A stretch of DNA of 53,249 nt from positions 1 to 53,249 of IMG/VR virus record IMGVR_UViG_3300040811_001901; one strand, written 5' to 3'. The notes below the pieces were generated by a model, which was not told the origin of the DNA, did no database searches, and was given only the letters and a program-made list of their open reading frames with translations. A program made the position numbers and the translations under genes. This document shows positions 18,049-29,209 of the stretch, piece by piece (position 1 is the first letter of the stretch; each line of letters opens with the position of its first letter). This DNA comes from a virus (Duplodnaviria; Caudoviricetes).

Positions 18049-18389
18049 TATCGCGTAACTTCCTGAGAAACAGTTGCTTGGCCTTCCATAAGTCTATAAA
18101 CTATTGGATTTGCCCCGGAAGTATAAAGTTCTAAATCATAATAATATAATCCTGCTGCAATGCCTTCTGTTACAGTATTTGACAGTTGCATTTTTAATAC
18201 TCCCCCTGTAGGGTTAGTAACAGTGCAGGTAAAAGTAGCCGTTATATCGGCGGCAGTTTTTGTTGAACGCATTTGAGCCCGAGCAGAGTAGCCCGACAAG
18301 TTTTTAATGGATCCGTCTTCCTTTACAGTAAGCTGAAGGGCATAGTCGGATCCTTGGTCAATGAATAAGTTGTAACTTCCTGCGCTCAT
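18048..18389 (-). CDS. fibre collar/anchor Ig-like protein (T5 p132/BppU-N-like)
   Basis: YNLFIDQGSD...NLSGYSARAQMR...GLYYYDLEL; first gene after J, heading the fibre operon. Confidence 0.55.
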   Translation of the reverse strand: MSAGSYNLFIDQGSDYALQLTVKEDGSIKNLSGYSARAQMRSTKTAADITATFTCTVTNPTGGVLKMQLSNTVTEGIAAGLYYYDLELYTSGANPIVYRLMEGQATVSQEVTR

Positions 18390-18409
18390 TTAAATCTCTC
18401 CATGATGAA

Positions 18410-18438
18410 ATTATAACAAAGGGGACATTTTATGTCAA
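18410..18438 (-). promoter_or_regulatory. consensus sigma70 promoter for the fibre operon
   Basis: TTGACA(18438-18433)-17 nt-TATAAT(18415-18410), with A-rich UP region. Confidence 0.85.
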
Positions 18439-18456
18439 GTTTTATTTTTTTGCTGG

Positions 18457-21400
18457 TTATAGCTTTCCTAGTTTAACTCTTAAAACGCTACCGTCATAGA
18501 TATAAATTGCATTCGCACTTCCTGAAGTATCTAATATAATTGCATTTTCAACAACAGTGTGACTACTATCTGCATTGTCAAAAAGAACGCCAGATGTGCC
18601 AAGAGTAATCTTTCCTGCTTGTACAACTGTAGAGGAGAGACCTATAAAATCTAGATTTGCTTCATTTTGAGTCGCTAAATCTCCAAGACCCGTAATGTAG
18701 CTACTAGTAGCCGAAATACTGTCTAGAGAAGCTAAATCTCCGAACGCAGTAGTCGCAGCTATTCCATTTGCTAAAGCCGTAAGATTACTATAGCTATTTC
18801 CTGTTCCACCGCTTGTAGTAGGTAAGTTTCCTGATATATCATTTACTAAATCAACAGTGTTTTGACTTGCTAAGCTTCCTAAGTCCTGAGTAAGAGATAA
18901 TCCTGCACTACTTAATTGTGCTGTAGAAATACTCGAACCAGTCACACCTGCAACAGAAGTAACGGGAGTAAAGTTAAGTTTTGAAGCAATAATTGTATTT
19001 GTTCTAATTAATCCGCCATCAATAGTGGTAGTATTACTTGTACCTGTAGTTGCTCCATTATCATTAATCCATTCTATAGGATTAAATCCATCAATATTAT
19101 TTGTACTTGAAAAAGTTACTAATCCAGTAAACCCAATTCCTTGTATTGCTCCAGAGCCTGCGGAAGGACTAGAATTTTTAGTAACACTTGGATAGCCATT
19201 ATTATATGTTCCACTTTCTGTCGCCGTAAATGTAAAATACCAGTACTTATTCGTATTTCCGGCAACAAAAGTAGGACTGTTTGTACTCCAATTACCATCA
19301 CTGCTGGCTACACTTCCATCTGTAAAATTAGGAGTAAAGGTACTTAAAGCTGGAATAGTTGGCGCAGAAGTAGAGCTACTTTGATAATAAATATACGCAA
19401 AAACAGATCGAGGACCGGGGTTACCATCTACACCTACTGAACCCTGAATAGTTGTAGGGACTTTTACAGTAGCGGTGCCTAAATTAACCCCGGTTGTTCC
19501 ATCTGAAGTTGTGCCCGTTACTGTAACACTTACTGTTACAGAAGCTTTTGCTGCAGCCTCTGTTAGATTATTAATAAAAGTAAGAGTTTTATCTCCAATT
19601 CCTATAGAAGAATTTAAACCAGCATTTGAGTTGTTTAAAGTCCAACTTGCTCCAGTAGCAGTAGCACCGTTTACATTTAAAGAAATAGTAGAAGTACTAG
19701 TCGGATCATAGGCACTTCCATCATAGTCAAAACTTACAGGTTCTGCAGTTAGAGAAAGCGCAACACCATCAATACCTTGAACTCCTTGTAGCATTAAGGG
19801 TACAGTAGAAGTATCCATAACAGTAGTACTAGTACTATCAGTAAATACTTTAAGAGTTGTAGAGTCTGCAACTACAGGGTCAGGAGCACTAGATGTAAAA
19901 TCTTTTGAAGGAGCAGTCGTACTTGCAAGCGTTCGAGTTCCTCCATCTAGCTCATAGTAATAATTTGTTACACTTGCTTCTTCTCCATTTTCCGTTATTC
20001 TATTAACAGCAAATGTAACAGTACCAGTAGAGGGGCCATAAGTATCTGAATCGGGGTCATAAGTTACAACATCGACACTTGGAATAATTTTAAGTTGAAC
20101 ACCTCCAAAGAGTCTTTGAAGAACAAAAATGGCATTTTGAGTAGCATAAGCAGCATTAGTTTTATGGGTCGCAGAGATTGTAATTGCACTTCTAAGAAAT
20201 TGGTCGCTACCTAAATTTGTAATATTTAGTTGATTTGTGTTTGTAGAATCAAATGCTAGTGTAGCAGTACTAGTAGAAGTGGTTCCTCCTATAAGAGTTG
20301 TGCTTTGAGATACAGAAAAGTTCCAGTCATCAGGATCTTCCAAGACTCCATCTTTATATATATTTGCAGTTGTAGATACTGTTACAGCTAATTCTGAAGA
20401 ACCTTCTCCCTGTGCAAGACGAGGAACCACAACTGCGTCATAGTCATTTGTTAAATCTATAACAAGACTATCTGGGGTGCTTCTACTTAATGAAATTGTT
20501 ACAGCATCCTCTGCTAGAACAGTGTCATTATTAGTATCTTGAGAATCATATAACTTTACTGTATAAGTATACTCGTTTACATCATTGTTTGAATCATAAT
20601 AAGGTAAATTAGAAGTATTAGGAACACTAATTGCTGTTACAACCCTACTTCCTGAGCCCCCTGCAGTACCTGTTAGAGGACTACTTAGAGCACCTCCTGT
20701 AATTTCATATTTCCAAGTTGCTTCATCTCCTATAAAACCCCTTAAACTAAAAGTATGATTAGTTGCAGGGCTTTGAGTAGTAGTATCTTGATCGTAAACA
20801 TAATGAGAAGGAGTTGCAAAAATACTAACATATGCTCCGGAAGTATTTTTAGTAAACTGTTGAGTAACTTCAAGCTCTTCTTCTACAAATCCACCATCTC
20901 CTCCACGAATAAATAATCCTGCAGTAAACTCAATACTACCTTTAGAGGCTGTTTTTGGAAATGCTGTAATATTTCCAAAAGAAACTGCGGCAGTACTTCC
21001 ATTAGAAGGATAAGTAGGATTACTGTCCGCTGTTACATTTGTTGGATTTATAGTCTTTAATCTCCAAAAAGCATTAACATTGGAAGGAATAGTTGCTCCG
21101 GAAGCGTAGTAAGGCAAATTAAATCCGGTTAAGAAACAATTAACAGTAGTACTTGTACCAGCAAAACTCTGTGGAATTAATGAAGCATTTGAAGAAACTT
21201 CTTGTGAAGGGTTACTTAGTACTAATCGAGCTCCTCCAAATCCTTGCTTTGATTTTGTAAACGGCTGAGTAATTCGAATAGCATTGTCAGACCCTGTATC
21301 CTCTATATCAATTATATACTGAATACCTGCTGTTTCTTGTGTCCAGCCAGTTTTAGAAAATTTATGATCGGCATAAGTAACAATATAGTCGCTATTTTCA

Positions 21401-24400
21401 TCTCCACCAGTTTGAGCACCTACTTGAAGTGCAGAGCTTGAAGGCACTACATTAGTGCTTATATTGTAATAACCTAACTTACTTGAAGGAGCTGCAGCAT
21501 CCCAAGTAGCTGTACTTAAATTAGTAAGCTCTAGAATTTCGGCACCTTTTCCGACTTCAATAGTTGTTCCAGTATCCAGTACAGTAACGAATCCATTTGC
21601 ATCAGCGGTTCCTACAACTTCACCGTCAAAATCCGTAGGAATAGAGTTACCTGAAGCATTACTCATCGCTACCCAATAACCGCCTTTTAGGGCATGAACA
21701 CCGATGATAGTAACTTCATCTGTTGATGTAAATGGCCCCGTTGAACCTTCACGAGCTTCTACAGTTACAAGGAAAGTTTTTTGATTTTTATTATCTCCCC
21801 AATTCCCCTCATATGTTGTTGGAACTGTAACGGTTGCTGTAGCAACAATACCGTCTTCAACATCTACTTCCTTAGTGGTTCCCCAAACGTATGTTGCTCC
21901 CGGAGTAGTATTATCATATCCGGGGTCTCCCGCTAATGTAAAAGCTGTAGTATCGGAAAGATTTTGACCATTAAATATGAACTTAAATTGAGGATCATCA
22001 TAATTTCTTGCAGTAGCAGTAAAAGTTAGAACTCTATCCCCATTTCCTCCAATAATAGGATTTGCTCCAGCCTCATCATAAATAATACTATAGTCTTCAG
22101 CTCTTAGTTCTACGGTTTTTCCATCTATACCGGTAGCACCAGAACTGGTTTTAAGTATATAGCCTTCTCCAGTTGTATTGACTCCGGTGTTATTTGATTC
22201 TCTTACTTCTGCAGTAATTTTTATTTCTACACCATCTTCCCAACTAATCGCATTTGCTTCTGTAGCTGTGAAAAGATCTTCAGTATAGTCTAGTGCTCCA
22301 TTATTTCCCACAAAAGGAATATCAAGATTGTCATCCTCCATATCAAAGTCGAGAGCAGATCCCGCGCCTTCAACCTTTATAATTCTAAATTGGGGATTGT
22401 TAAATCCAGAAGCGATAAGAGTAACAGTGAGGGGGCTAGTAAATTGAGTTTCTTGAGTTGTTCCATTTTCGCTGTATAAAATCGAGCCTACATCTGGTCG
22501 TACTAAAACATCTAAAGCTCCTACATTTAGTCCTTCGTTTACCTCTATGAAACTATCTACAATAAAAGTATGAACATCATCCGTATTATTATACCCATTC
22601 CATTTTACACGACCAAACACAGCATCATCATTGTAGTCTGGACGATAGTTTAATTTATAAAGTCTACTTACAGAAATTGCTTCACTAAAACTTCTATCTA
22701 AAATTGCGGTGCTATCGTCAATTACAGCAATTACTTTTGCTGCTTTGACTTTTGCACGCGTAACGAAACCTGTTAGAAGGGTATAAGTTCCTCCTAGCTC
22801 TGATGTAATCAGTGGATCTGTTAAAGCAGCATCATGATAAAGTTGATATCTTTCGACTGAACCAGTCTGTTTTACATAATAATACTGCCCATTTACATTT
22901 GTAGCCCCACTAACTCTTTCAAAAGTAACAATATCTCCATCAAGCCAGTCAGGGTCAGTAGCTACTCCTACATTCTCCCATTCTCGTAGTCTTACGGATA
23001 CTACACCTTCAGAATTATAGTCCGATAGCTGTTCCACTTTGTACATTTCGAAACTTTGTGCTTTTCCGTCAAAGTGTACAATATCTCGAATTCTTAAATC
23101 AGATAAAAAGTCTCCATTTGCAGTTGCAACTAAGCGATTAGATCCAGCAGCTACGCTTGCGGCTGTATAACCTCCGCCGAATAATGTAGTCCAACTCTGT
23201 TCGCTTCCTCTCCAACCAAAACCGTTTGTATTAATTTTATGATAAAAAGGAACATTGTCTAATGTTCTAGTATTCCAATAGCTTAAGCTAGTGCTGCCAT
23301 CATAGTGTAGATAGTGCCATTCAGAGTCTCCGGTCCACCCATCGGGTCTATCGGTTGAAGTTCCCGCATTATTTGCAACATATACTAAAGGTCCAGATAC
23401 TGCTAAGCCAAATAACCCTACACTCTGTAAATTTGTAGCGATACCAGTAGTACCACCAAACATAGAATTAGCAATAGAAAAGCCTCTAGCGGCAGTATCT
23501 CTTTTCCATATAAGTTTATACCTATCTTCTTCATCGACAATTTCTGAATTATGTACATTGTATGCAGTAGAGTTTGCAATTATACCTTTTGGAAGACCAC
23601 CAACCACTCTACGTACATTTGTACCGAAAGGATCATTTACGTCATAAGTTACAGATACATAGTCTGAGTAGTTTCCTTTATTTGAACGAGTACGCACTCT
23701 AAAGATGTAAATACCATCAGCTAACCCTTCGAAACGATAAGAGTTTTTTGTAGTAAAAAGAGGATTATCTAAATCAGGAACTGTATGATAAATTTCATAA
23801 GAATCTAAAAATTGATATTCTCGCTCTCGTGTATCTCCATTTCCGTCTGTGTAAGTTTCTTGAGGAATATCCCACTCTATTCTAAGTTCATCTCCGGGCT
23901 TGGAAGAATCAGTTTCACTAACTACATATATATTACCAGGAGCCGGAACATTTGCATCAGGATCTTCAATATCCGCGTAAGTATTATCAGGAATCACTCC
24001 AAGTGCATAGTCTTTATCTACAGCATCATACTTTGAGTTATAATGCTCTACAGCAGAAATACCATAAATATTTTTAGAATCTTCAAAAGAGATTCCTAAT
24101 ACCCTATATTGTTTTGAAGATCCTAATATACCTACATCATTTGAATTTTTTGCAACAAGAGCAAATATAGTTCCCTCTGCAGGAAGTTCTGCTGATGAAT
24201 ACCAAGATTCCCCAGATGCCATACTTACAGCAGTAATTCCATCACTAGTATTTAAAGTGACATCTTTTGTAACAACATAACTATAAGGCTTCCAATCTAA
24301 AGGAAGAGGAGTTCCTGAAGAATCGGCAAAAGCATTTGAAGCTTTTTCTTCACTATTTACAGTACCTAAAGCGAGAGTTGTGCCCACTCCATCACCGTCT

Positions 24401-26850
24401 GTATCAAGGTATACTCGAGCTGTTATTCGATCGCCTCTTTGATAAGTTTTGCCGTCTAAAGTAAGAGGATTTAACCCAGCATAAAAAGCAGCATAGCTAG
24501 TAACAAGAGTGCTTAATTCATAAGTAATAGCTAGTCCATCTGAATCTGTTATATTTGTTATGGCTCTGTCTAATAGTAGTCTATTATCTACTGTAATGTC
24601 TACTATTTTACCGCTAAAATCTATTCCGTATCGGTCTCGGTCTTGTACATTTATAATATCCCCGGGACGAATATATGCGCCTTGTAGACCTGTTTGAAAA
24701 CTTACAACTTCTTTTTGATTCTGAGCAGTCCAAAGTTTCCATCGTCCATATCGAATAGCCTGACCTTCAGAAGTTGCTCCAAATGCGACAGCCTTTTGAG
24801 ATATAATTTTTCTTTGTGCAACTATATCTTCCCTATCTTCTACAATTAGATTTACTGGCTCATAGTTACGAGTAGGGTCATTCCAAGTAACTACTACTTG
24901 GTTGCTTCGAGTTTTTCTACCTGTACTTTCATAGTTGAATTTTCCATCTATAACGTTTGCTTTGGAAAAAGTATAAACAGGCTCTCCGGGTACATCTTGT
25001 ATAGGAGAAAGTTTGCCATCCAACCAATAAAGCATTCCGGTAAATAAACTTGCAAAATCTTTAAGAACTTTATAAACATCTGTTGCTTTTGCAAGATATA
25101 TGTTTGCTCGAAAACGGGGCTCAGTTCCTCCATTTCCATCGTCAACAAGTTCATCACAATATTTTGCAATTCTATATAAGGCAAACTTATCTATGTTATA
25201 TTCTTCTAGCCAGTTGCCTGCCCCATATCTAGCATTAGTAACAATGTCATAAAATACCCACGCAGGATTATCAGTATAATAAAGTTCTGTTTTAAAAGTT
25301 CCATCCCACCAAGAGTCATATTCAGCAACCCCTGTAGATGAGTATTCTCGAGGAGTATAAGCTGTAGGAATCTCAACCATTAACCCTTTAAGTAAGTAAC
25401 TTCGACTTGGTAATTGATTATAGGTTTTAGAAGAAAAACTAATTGCAGCAATTGCAGTATGTGGATAAATAAAACTATCTTGAATAGTGGAACTTAGATT
25501 AGCGCCTCCAGTAGAAGCAGTAGCTTGAAGATTCCATTTATCAACATCAGTTTCTCCACCATTTGAACCATCTGCCCTTACAGGGAGTCCCGCATCACGA
25601 GTTAATCGAGTCAGTCTAAGTTCAAAATCGTCAAAAGGCTTAAACCTATCCAGTCCTATTGTATGATCGAAGGAGACTGGTGCTGTTGTTCTTCCACGAT
25701 GTACAATAAAAGTACCATACTGGCTAAATAATTTTCTGAAAGGACTCCATGTATTATTTATTTTTGTTCTTACTTCAAAAACATATATTGCATATGCATC
25801 TTCTTTATCTCCATTTTCAGTATTATAGAGAATAAGAGAATTATAATTTATTCGAACATTTATTTCATTAACTTGTGAAGGAGCAGAGGCTCCAAAAGCA
25901 GAAGAATTAAATAATTGTTGAGCTCCAGAATTTTGAACATAAGACTGCCCCGTAGGATAACCAAAAGTGCTTATACCAGAATAAGGGCTGCCAGATTTGT
26001 AGTTATTTAATTCCGTGGAATTACTAAATTGCTTTAAAGATACAACAGTAGTATTGCCTGTTTTTGTAACCCCTCCAGAGACTCCATGCACTTGTGAGAT
26101 TGGAGACTGCTCTAATAATCCTTGTCTAAATTGTAAAGTTGAACCCTCTACTTTCGATGTTGAAGCATTTGGATCGGGATTATCAGGAGTTGTTGTTATT
26201 GAAGCCGAAACAGTAAAATTAGCATTTGTTAAATTACTATAGTTATGTAAAGCATCTACTAAAGTAAAAGAAGTATCGGAAACATATGTTGCTATTTTTG
26301 CGGCTTGAAAGAGAACTAACTCCCAATTTGCTGCGGATCCAAAACCCCGTCGTATAGGAAGACTGTACATTGTGATTGTATTAGTACTACTATTCCAATA
26401 ACTATATCCACCATATTTTCTACCAGTAACGGTATTTCTAACTATGGTATAGTATTTATCTAATTCATAGTTCTGCCAATTACTATTTAGAGTAGTTGAA
26501 GGAGTAATTGTAGTTACCGTAACAGGCACATAACTACCACTAGCTGCTTGAGTTATAGATGAAACACTAGATGTCTCTACTTCTATATGAGCAATTTTAC
26601 CTACATCTGTTTCTTGTATTGTACCATTAGTTACTGTCATTGCAGTAGAGGAAGTAGGAGTTAAAGTAAGAGAAAGAGCACTTCCTGAATCTGTAAGACT
26701 TCCTACTAGAGTTGCATTTTCAAAAGGAACATCATTAATGTAAACATCATTCATACCTTTTTCAAGGCCATAAATAGGGCCTTCACAAAGCATATCAACA
26801 ACACCAATGTACTGTTTACTAGATCCTGTTAAGTTGGTTGTATTTGCCAT
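18457..26850 (-). CDS. tail tip attachment / central fibre protein (lambda J-like), 2797 aa
   Basis: DMLCEGPIYGL, YTDNPAWVFYD, YCDELV, EPRF, FN3-like segment, C-terminal LRVKLGKL; follows I/K/L/M. Confidence 0.88.
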   Translation of the reverse strand: MANTTNLTGSSKQYIGVVDMLCEGPIYGLEKGMNDVYINDVPFENATLVGSLTDSGSALSLTLTPTSSTAMTVTNGTIQETDVGKIAHIEVETSSVSSITQAASGSYVPVTVTTITPSTTLNSNWQNYELDKYYTIVRNTVTGRKYGGYSYWNSSTNTITMYSLPIRRGFGSAANWELVLFQAAKIATYVSDTSFTLVDALHNYSNLTNANFTVSASITTTPDNPDPNASTSKVEGSTLQFRQGLLEQSPISQVHGVSGGVTKTGNTTVVSLKQFSNSTELNNYKSGSPYSGISTFGYPTGQSYVQNSGAQQLFNSSAFGASAPSQVNEINVRINYNSLILYNTENGDKEDAYAIYVFEVRTKINNTWSPFRKLFSQYGTFIVHRGRTTAPVSFDHTIGLDRFKPFDDFELRLTRLTRDAGLPVRADGSNGGETDVDKWNLQATASTGGANLSSTIQDSFIYPHTAIAAISFSSKTYNQLPSRSYLLKGLMVEIPTAYTPREYSSTGVAEYDSWWDGTFKTELYYTDNPAWVFYDIVTNARYGAGNWLEEYNIDKFALYRIAKYCDELVDDGNGGTEPRFRANIYLAKATDVYKVLKDFASLFTGMLYWLDGKLSPIQDVPGEPVYTFSKANVIDGKFNYESTGRKTRSNQVVVTWNDPTRNYEPVNLIVEDREDIVAQRKIISQKAVAFGATSEGQAIRYGRWKLWTAQNQKEVVSFQTGLQGAYIRPGDIINVQDRDRYGIDFSGKIVDITVDNRLLLDRAITNITDSDGLAITYELSTLVTSYAAFYAGLNPLTLDGKTYQRGDRITARVYLDTDGDGVGTTLALGTVNSEEKASNAFADSSGTPLPLDWKPYSYVVTKDVTLNTSDGITAVSMASGESWYSSAELPAEGTIFALVAKNSNDVGILGSSKQYRVLGISFEDSKNIYGISAVEHYNSKYDAVDKDYALGVIPDNTYADIEDPDANVPAPGNIYVVSETDSSKPGDELRIEWDIPQETYTDGNGDTREREYQFLDSYEIYHTVPDLDNPLFTTKNSYRFEGLADGIYIFRVRTRSNKGNYSDYVSVTYDVNDPFGTNVRRVVGGLPKGIIANSTAYNVHNSEIVDEEDRYKLIWKRDTAARGFSIANSMFGGTTGIATNLQSVGLFGLAVSGPLVYVANNAGTSTDRPDGWTGDSEWHYLHYDGSTSLSYWNTRTLDNVPFYHKINTNGFGWRGSEQSWTTLFGGGYTAASVAAGSNRLVATANGDFLSDLRIRDIVHFDGKAQSFEMYKVEQLSDYNSEGVVSVRLREWENVGVATDPDWLDGDIVTFERVSGATNVNGQYYYVKQTGSVERYQLYHDAALTDPLITSELGGTYTLLTGFVTRAKVKAAKVIAVIDDSTAILDRSFSEAISVSRLYKLNYRPDYNDDAVFGRVKWNGYNNTDDVHTFIVDSFIEVNEGLNVGALDVLVRPDVGSILYSENGTTQETQFTSPLTVTLIASGFNNPQFRIIKVEGAGSALDFDMEDDNLDIPFVGNNGALDYTEDLFTATEANAISWEDGVEIKITAEVRESNNTGVNTTGEGYILKTSSGATGIDGKTVELRAEDYSIIYDEAGANPIIGGNGDRVLTFTATARNYDDPQFKFIFNGQNLSDTTAFTLAGDPGYDNTTPGATYVWGTTKEVDVEDGIVATATVTVPTTYEGNWGDNKNQKTFLVTVEAREGSTGPFTSTDEVTIIGVHALKGGYWVAMSNASGNSIPTDFDGEVVGTADANGFVTVLDTGTTIEVGKGAEILELTNLSTATWDAAAPSSKLGYYNISTNVVPSSSALQVGAQTGGDENSDYIVTYADHKFSKTGWTQETAGIQYIIDIEDTGSDNAIRITQPFTKSKQGFGGARLVLSNPSQEVSSNASLIPQSFAGTSTTVNCFLTGFNLPYYASGATIPSNVNAFWRLKTINPTNVTADSNPTYPSNGSTAAVSFGNITAFPKTASKGSIEFTAGLFIRGGDGGFVEEELEVTQQFTKNTSGAYVSIFATPSHYVYDQDTTTQSPATNHTFSLRGFIGDEATWKYEITGGALSSPLTGTAGGSGSRVVTAISVPNTSNLPYYDSNNDVNEYTYTVKLYDSQDTNNDTVLAEDAVTISLSRSTPDSLVIDLTNDYDAVVVPRLAQGEGSSELAVTVSTTANIYKDGVLEDPDDWNFSVSQSTTLIGGTTSTSTATLAFDSTNTNQLNITNLGSDQFLRSAITISATHKTNAAYATQNAIFVLQRLFGGVQLKIIPSVDVVTYDPDSDTYGPSTGTVTFAVNRITENGEEASVTNYYYELDGGTRTLASTTAPSKDFTSSAPDPVVADSTTLKVFTDSTSTTVMDTSTVPLMLQGVQGIDGVALSLTAEPVSFDYDGSAYDPTSTSTISLNVNGATATGASWTLNNSNAGLNSSIGIGDKTLTFINNLTEAAAKASVTVSVTVTGTTSDGTTGVNLGTATVKVPTTIQGSVGVDGNPGPRSVFAYIYYQSSSTSAPTIPALSTFTPNFTDGSVASSDGNWSTNSPTFVAGNTNKYWYFTFTATESGTYNNGYPSVTKNSSPSAGSGAIQGIGFTGLVTFSSTNNIDGFNPIEWINDNGATTGTSNTTTIDGGLIRTNTIIASKLNFTPVTSVAGVTGSSISTAQLSSAGLSLTQDLGSLASQNTVDLVNDISGNLPTTSGGTGNSYSNLTALANGIAATTAFGDLASLDSISATSSYITGLGDLATQNEANLDFIGLSSTVVQAGKITLGTSGVLFDNADSSHTVVENAIILDTSGSANAIYIYDGSVLRVKLGKL

Positions 26851-26863
26851 TTATAATTATTCC

Positions 26864-27592
26864 TTAATCAAACTCTGGACTTGATAATTTATCATCATTA
26901 GGGGATGGTCCGCCTCCGCCTCCGCCGCCTCCGCCGTCGCCATTATTTTGAGGAGGAGTCCAATCTTCACTAGGCTCTACAAAATCAACAAACTGTCTCT
27001 CAGAGTTTTTAATTTCGAAAGATATAGGGCGACCCGGTATTCTTAGTTGTCCATACAAAATGGGAACGGGGTCTCCTTCTAAAATTGTTTGTCCTGAACC
27101 TTGAAATAGGTAGCTTTCGTCTTGTTGTATCCCATCAGTTGATGGATCCGGGGCCATTAATTGTTGAATACCTGCAATTGCTAAGTTTATAGCTAATCCA
27201 ACTACCATTGACCCAGCAAGACTTAATCCTCCACCTGCCGCCATTGCCCAGCCTCCGGCAGCAAATCCTCCTGTAAAGTAAACAACTGCTATAATGGCGA
27301 TTGCTGCAAAAATTTTACCTAAAGCTGATTTTGATCCTGCTGGAATAGCAACAATAGTAAAACTACCTTCATTTTGTTTTAGAAAGAGCTCTTCTTCCAT
27401 TTCTAGAGGCTTTCCTTCTACTGCGCAAGTAAATCCGATTCCTTTTTCATGACACTCAAGCATGTAATCTCTAAAACCTTCTAGATTTGTTTCAAAGCAT
27501 GAGACTGCTTCCTTAAAGGTAGAAACATCCATAGAAAACTCAGAACCGAATTTTTCTGCAATTTCTCCTTCTAAATATACTTTACGCAACAT
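26864..27592 (-). CDS. tail assembly protein (lambda I-like)
   Basis: LRKVYLEG ubiquitin-like start, hydrophobic Gly/Ala segment, SYLF...EGDPVPILYG. Confidence 0.85.
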   Translation of the reverse strand: MLRKVYLEGEIAEKFGSEFSMDVSTFKEAVSCFETNLEGFRDYMLECHEKGIGFTCAVEGKPLEMEEELFLKQNEGSFTIVAIPAGSKSALGKIFAAIAIIAVVYFTGGFAAGGWAMAAGGGLSLAGSMVVGLAINLAIAGIQQLMAPDPSTDGIQQDESYLFQGSGQTILEGDPVPILYGQLRIPGRPISFEIKNSERQFVDFVEPSEDWTPPQNNGDGGGGGGGGGPSPNDDKLSSPEFD

Positions 27593-28268
27593 ATCTATAA
27601 ATTCCTGTTAAATTCTCCGCCCAAAAAGGATATAAATTTTCTCTACAAGAGATTCTATTTTCTGCATGATGAAAGAAAATGTCATTACCCAGGTACACTC
27701 CACAATGATTTGCAACTTTATTTCTTATTGTAAAAATTAACACATCATTTTTCTCTAAAGTGTTTACTTTTTTATGGTTCCAGTTTTTAATATTTTCTTC
27801 TGTAAAATAGTCCAACCCTCTAATCCACCAATCATCTTCAAAAGGTTCTCGAGGTGGAATATGAATATTTTCTTTTGCAAGCCAATCTCTCATTGCTTCG
27901 AAGCAGTCTAGTTTTCCAAACTGGTATTCTCTACCAATAAGAGGATAAGCTTTTGTTTTTGGTTCTATAATATTTAATTCCATTTCTGGATAACTAAATA
28001 TATAATAGGGAATTCCGAGAGCATTGCAACAGTCTATATCGTGTTGAGAAGGCTCATTTGTAGCGTCTGGATGACTATGTACAATTGCAAATATATCTGC
28101 TTTTCTTTTAATATCTAAGTACTCTAAAGAAGACATAACAAAATTTTCATTTGTAGAAGCAGTATTCGTGCAAGGAAACCATTTCTTCTTTCCTTTAACT
28201 ATTCCAATTACTCCACAGCCTTCGCGTGGATACTCTTTTTCAAAATGTTTTTCTATCTCTTCAATCAT
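27582..28268 (-). CDS. tail assembly protein (lambda K-like; JAB/MPN plus NlpC/P60)
   Basis: YPREGCG, HSHPD...PS..D, DC...NHCGVYLG...HH. Confidence 0.9.
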   Translation of the reverse strand: MIEEIEKHFEKEYPREGCGVIGIVKGKKKWFPCTNTASTNENFVMSSLEYLDIKRKADIFAIVHSHPDATNEPSQHDIDCCNALGIPYYIFSYPEMELNIIEPKTKAYPLIGREYQFGKLDCFEAMRDWLAKENIHIPPREPFEDDWWIRGLDYFTEENIKNWNHKKVNTLEKNDVLIFTIRNKVANHCGVYLGNDIFFHHAENRISCRENLYPFWAENLTGIYRYVA

Positions 28269-29209
28269 CTGTACTTCTTCGATCCGGGGAATCCTCCAAA
28301 AGGTAATGGCACAGCTTGGTTTGCTGAAGCTCCATCTCCTTGGAATCGAAGTTTACAAGCTGCCAATGTTTTTTGGCAAAGATCTATACGTTTCCAATAC
28401 TTTCTATAATATCTAGGATCTTTTGCAGAAGTATGCGTAAAGAGAGCTTCCCATACTTCTAGTTTGCCATTAGTCGTTGTTTTACGAATAGCGCCCTGTG
28501 AGTATCCTTGGCTACTCCAAGCAGTTATAGAAGCAGGAGTTCCCAAATCTGTATTCTCTATATCATACAATTTCGTTTGTGTAGAATCATTTGCATAAGT
28601 ACATCCTCCTCCAAGACCGTCTGCTCTTCCTTGATACTGCCAAGAACAATACCTACCAATTACCATTCTTGATGGAATTTGAGCACCTTCTATATCCATT
28701 GGAGAAGCTAATTCAAAAGTTACAACAATATTATTTTCGGAAGCAACTCTATCTATATAATAAGTTTGAGAGGGAAACTCTTCACCAGTACTCAGTTTAC
28801 TTTTTAAAGTTTTTCTGTAGACTATCTTAGTACCAATTAGCTCGTCATTTCTTTCAAACGCATCGACTCCTGCCGTACCCGCTACTCTTAAATCTTGCAA
28901 AACTGCTTCATTATTTGTATCTAAAGTTTTTGTAAGATTAGGTATGTTTGCAATCGCAAGACTAGGTCGAGCATAGGCCCCAGAAGAGTTAAATTCAATT
29001 CCGGTTATTTGAATTGGAATTGCTAAGTAAGTAGTTCCATTGAAAACAATATCTGTATTACCATCATTATTTTGGTCTGTTTCACTATTAGTAAGATAAT
29101 ATTTTCCCGCACCAGACGTAGAAGAATACCCGGGCAAAGTAATATCAAATAATTCTATAAGTTCGTCATCAATTTCTGATAACTGTACTGTATCTATTAA
29201 GTCTGTCAT
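28265..29209 (-). CDS. minor tail protein (lambda L-like)
   Basis: IELFDI, FELASPMD, four Cys (CSWQY, GCTY, C..TLAACKLRF), PFGGFPG. Confidence 0.88.
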   Translation of the reverse strand: MTDLIDTVQLSEIDDELIELFDITLPGYSSTSGAGKYYLTNSETDQNNDGNTDIVFNGTTYLAIPIQITGIEFNSSGAYARPSLAIANIPNLTKTLDTNNEAVLQDLRVAGTAGVDAFERNDELIGTKIVYRKTLKSKLSTGEEFPSQTYYIDRVASENNIVVTFELASPMDIEGAQIPSRMVIGRYCSWQYQGRADGLGGGCTYANDSTQTKLYDIENTDLGTPASITAWSSQGYSQGAIRKTTTNGKLEVWEALFTHTSAKDPRYYRKYWKRIDLCQKTLAACKLRFQGDGASANQAVPLPFGGFPGSKKYR

